Below, piece after piece: positions 26,865-29,549 of a stretch of 29,549 bases of DNA. The position numbers and the translations under genes are program-made. The notes under the pieces are model-generated. The model saw only the letters and a list, made by a program, of their open reading frames with translations, was not told the origin of the DNA and did not search any database. The stretch covers positions 1 through 29,549 of the forward strand of contig JAHQXB010000112.1 in assembly GCA_029856435.1 (NCBI GenBank), read 5' to 3'. The stretch is from Candidatus Jordarchaeia archaeon (GTDB lineage Archaea; Asgardarchaeota; Jordiarchaeia; Jordiarchaeales; Jordiarchaeaceae). Positions within the stretch are counted from its first letter, which is position 1. Each line of letters begins with the position of its first letter.

Positions 26865-28703
26865 TTAGAGTCCGAGTTCTGAAATTTTCCTTTGGGTTGG
26901 GATTCCATTGTTGTCCCAGCCTCTGGCTTGGTAGTATTCGTTGAGCATTGGTTCGAGGTCAACAGTTTGGCCTGCTGTAGGGCCTTTTGTGGGTTTTTCT
27001 TGGAGAAATCTTTTGGGAAGAGTGTCGTCCTTTCTTGATATGCCCTCTCTCACGTTGAATAGCCTCTTTAGGTTGAAAATTCGTTCGCCTATCCTTACTA
27101 GGTCTATTACTTCGAACTTGTATCCGGTTGCGGCGGTACACAACTTTGCCAGTTCATCTGGGAGGTAAGCGTACAGGTCGTAAACGAAGCTGCATAGTAC
27201 CAGTGAATCGATAGTGGTTTTGAAGTCTTGTAACCCTTTTATCACGTACCCTTTGCCTTCTACTTCGTATGCTCCAGCTACTTTGTTAAAGCCTAGCTCG
27301 GGTCTCGGTGTAGCCATTATTTCAACTAGTTGGGATGCTGGTCTGAGGTGGCATGCTCCTCTATTTGAGGTTGCGTAGCCTAAACCTAAGCCCTTGTAGC
27401 CTTTAGGCTCATGCATTGGGCATTCTAGGCCTTTGACATGCATTGCAAACTGCTCTGATCCTTTTCCAATTTTCTTTGAGGCGTTTCTCACGCCTTCTGA
27501 TAGTACTGCTCCTATTCCCTCCTTTTTGCCCATCTTCTCTACTAGTTTGATTATTGCTTCAGTGTTTCCCCAAGTTAAATCTAGTCCATCAGTGTCCTTT
27601 TTTGTCAGTATTCCTTTCTCGTAGCACTCCATGGAGAAGGCTATTATGTTTCCCGCCGAGATGGTGTCCATTCCTAGTTGGTTGCAGAGTATGCCGGCCT
27701 TGACTATTGTTCCTAAGTCGCTATTCATGCATAGTGAGCCGAATGCGGCGACGGTTTCATATTCCGGTCCTGCCCCAGATGTTCCTGCGAAGGGTCCAGA
27801 TTTTACTTCTACGTGTCCTCTGCCGCAGGCTATCGGGCATCCGTAGCAGGCGAATTTTTTGGTGGTTATTTCCATCAGGGCGTTTCCATCAATTTTGTCT
27901 GCCTGATCAAAGACTCCCTCTCTGTAGTATTGTGTTGGGAGGGTGCCCATCATACTGAGGGTTGCAAGTGAGCTGTTGGTGCCTTGTTTGCTTACTCCCT
28001 CCACTAAAAAGTTTGCTTTTAGGGCTTCACGGAACTTTTTTGCACCTTCATTTAGAGCTTCTGGATCTTCTATTGGGATTGGTTGTGTTCCACGTACAGC
28101 TATGGCCTTCAACTTTTTGGAACCCATAACTGCTCCTAATCCGCATCTACCAGCTGCTCTGTCTTTATCGTTGATGATGCATGCTATTTTGACCAGTTTC
28201 TCCCCCGCGGGACCTATTGAGGAAACGACTATTTTTTCGTCTCCTAGGCTCTTTTGTATCATTTCCTCCGTTTGGTAAACATCCTTACCCCACATTTTGC
28301 CGGCGTCTTTTAGTTCCGCCTCCCCATCTTTAATCCAGAGGTATACTGGATCTTGAGATTTTCCCTCAATTATAACTGCGTCGAAGCCTGCAAATTTTAG
28401 TTCCGCTCCCCAAAAGCCTCCTGATGTGGCTTCGCCCCAGATTCCGGTTAAGGGTGATTTAGCAGCAACAAGGTGTCTGCCCGAGGATGGAATTCTCGTT
28501 CCCGTTAAAGGACCTGTTGCAAAAACTAGTTTATTTTCAGGCCCCAAGGGGTCGATTCTTGGCTTAAGCTCGTCGTAAAGTATTTTTGCCGCTAGTCCTG
28601 ATCCGCCTAAGTACTTTTTTTGCATGTCTTCTTTAAAATCTTCAGTTTTTATTTTTCCCGTAGAAAGATCTACTCTCAGAATTTTTCCGAGGTATCCACC
28701 CAT
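26865..28703 (-). CDS. aor: Tungsten-type aldehyde:ferredoxin oxidoreductase
   Basis: GKILRVDLS, KSPLTG, IGPAGEKLV, RAAGRCGLGAVMGSKKLKAIAV, CYGCPIACG, GPEYET, GMDTIS, HVKGLE, RGACHL, DDTLPKRF, YYQARGWD. Confidence 0.93.
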   Translation of the reverse strand: MGGYLGKILRVDLSTGKIKTEDFKEDMQKKYLGGSGLAAKILYDELKPRIDPLGPENKLVFATGPLTGTRIPSSGRHLVAAKSPLTGIWGEATSGGFWGAELKFAGFDAVIIEGKSQDPVYLWIKDGEAELKDAGKMWGKDVYQTEEMIQKSLGDEKIVVSSIGPAGEKLVKIACIINDKDRAAGRCGLGAVMGSKKLKAIAVRGTQPIPIEDPEALNEGAKKFREALKANFLVEGVSKQGTNSSLATLSMMGTLPTQYYREGVFDQADKIDGNALMEITTKKFACYGCPIACGRGHVEVKSGPFAGTSGAGPEYETVAAFGSLCMNSDLGTIVKAGILCNQLGMDTISAGNIIAFSMECYEKGILTKKDTDGLDLTWGNTEAIIKLVEKMGKKEGIGAVLSEGVRNASKKIGKGSEQFAMHVKGLECPMHEPKGYKGLGLGYATSNRGACHLRPASQLVEIMATPRPELGFNKVAGAYEVEGKGYVIKGLQDFKTTIDSLVLCSFVYDLYAYLPDELAKLCTAATGYKFEVIDLVRIGERIFNLKRLFNVREGISRKDDTLPKRFLQEKPTKGPTAGQTVDLEPMLNEYYQARGWDNNGIPTQRKISELGL

Positions 28704-28963
28704 AATCCATCTTCTCCTAAACTTCTGTGTAGTTTGGGGGTATTTTCTAAATCTTAAAATATATTATTAAAAGTTATTATGTTTATATTTAAGACTATTT
28801 ACAAGGCGAAGAATAAATCACCACTGCCTTAAAGGGCAGCTCTAAAAATAAAGCCTTCCTTGCGATTTGGTGCTTGGTGAAGGGAACCAAATAAATTTAG
28901 ATTAAAAAGAGCGCCAGAGTATTTATATTTTGGTTGTTGACTGTGTGTCGATTTCTGTGATTG

Positions 28964-29149
28964 CTAGAATCTCCATCCTCGGATTTGTTGGGCTCTTGGT
29001 GACTCGAATTCGTATTTGCATTTGGGGCATTTTATGTAGCCACAGTCTCCCAAAGCTGCGCTTGGGCATGATCCGCAGGCGAATGTTCTTGAGTATGAGA
29101 GGTTAAATGTGAATCCGCACTTAGGGCAGGTTACGTTTCCTGAACTCAT
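28964..29149 (-). CDS. Small Cys-rich putative zinc-ribbon/metal-binding protein
   Basis: CPKC-x16-CGSC-x6-C-x4-CPKC (7 Cys) in 61 aa; SD GGAGG upstream. Confidence 0.75.
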   Translation of the reverse strand: MSSGNVTCPKCGFTFNLSYSRTFACGSCPSAALGDCGYIKCPKCKYEFESPRAQQIRGWRF

Positions 29150-29312
29150 CTGGATGCCTCCATTAGAACAGTCTTTTGTCTTATAATAAAGATTTCGAAA
29201 AGTAAAGACACTTATATAGAGTAATAACTATTTCTTTACAAAAATTTGCATTTTTCGGGATTTGGGACATGTTTGGAGACGAAGTAAGTTCTATAAGAAA
29301 GTGGTTGGGGTT

Positions 29313-29549
29313 CTACTCTATGTAGAAATTCATAGAATTACATAGGAGTTGGGGCTTCACAGTATCATGCGGCGGCCTCGCGAGTTCATCAGCCGCCTTC
29401 CACTCCAACCCGGTCAGGGTGAACCTGCTCCCCACCTTCACGAATCCACGTCTCCGCTTCTTCACTGACCACTTCTCCTGCGGGTGTTGTCGCCAACGCC
29501 GTGAGGAGTGCAGGAGGGGCCTCACGATCGAGCGGAAGAACGTGGTCGG
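29313..29549 (-). other. 3' end of a truncated, GC-rich open frame, probably foreign or mobile
   Basis: Minus-strand frame is open from the window end to the stop at 29313; about 64% GC over 29371-29549 by hand count, against a visibly AT-richer window. Confidence 0.35.

Noticed and set aside
29258-29269. GGATTTGGGACA, an 11/12 match to the MITE TIR start
   Set aside because: No partner inverted repeat or TSD is visible, and such a match is plausible by chance in about 30 kb
29311-29327. TTCTACTCTATGTAGAA resembles a Cas12a direct-repeat stem
   Set aside because: Single copy, no spacers and no cas gene; a 6-bp stem is expected by chance
29368-29396. Minus-strand GGCGGC-TGATGA...GCCGCC hairpin resembling a hammerhead core, box C or SECIS
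   Set aside because: Lacks the GAAA hammerhead strand, a clear D box and SECIS helix II geometry

Overview
Archaeal chromosomal window, mostly housekeeping and metabolic genes. GGAGG/GGTGA Shine-Dalgarno motifs, frequent TTG starts, TATA boxes, ribosomal protein L13e and a Fae-Hps fusion suggest a TACK/Asgard-type archaeon (inference, not resolved). In order: trpS; an isocitrate/isopropylmalate dehydrogenase converging on a leuC/leuD-like aconitase pair; ggt; a CCG-domain Fe-S protein; L13e fused to two helix-hairpin-helix modules; a GH35 beta-galactosidase; a stand-alone Lrp/AsnC domain; Mrp/ApbC; a near-complete cobinamide salvage cluster (cobT divergent from btuFCD-cobD-cbiB-cbiZ/cobZ-cobS-cobY); a nitroreductase, two RHH-like proteins and an SCP2 protein; fae-hps; a tungsten-type AOR; and a small Cys-rich protein. 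The clearest unannotated structures are a 139-bp MITE (17-bp perfect TIRs, 9-bp target duplication, IS903-like ends) in the cobT/btuF promoter region and tandem DtxR-like operator palindromes just downstream of it. Large amino/keto (AC vs GT) skew patches switch inside genes, and possible mobile-element ends lie at both window edges. No CRISPR array, rRNA or tRNA was recognised. All calls come from motif recognition by eye, with no database searches.
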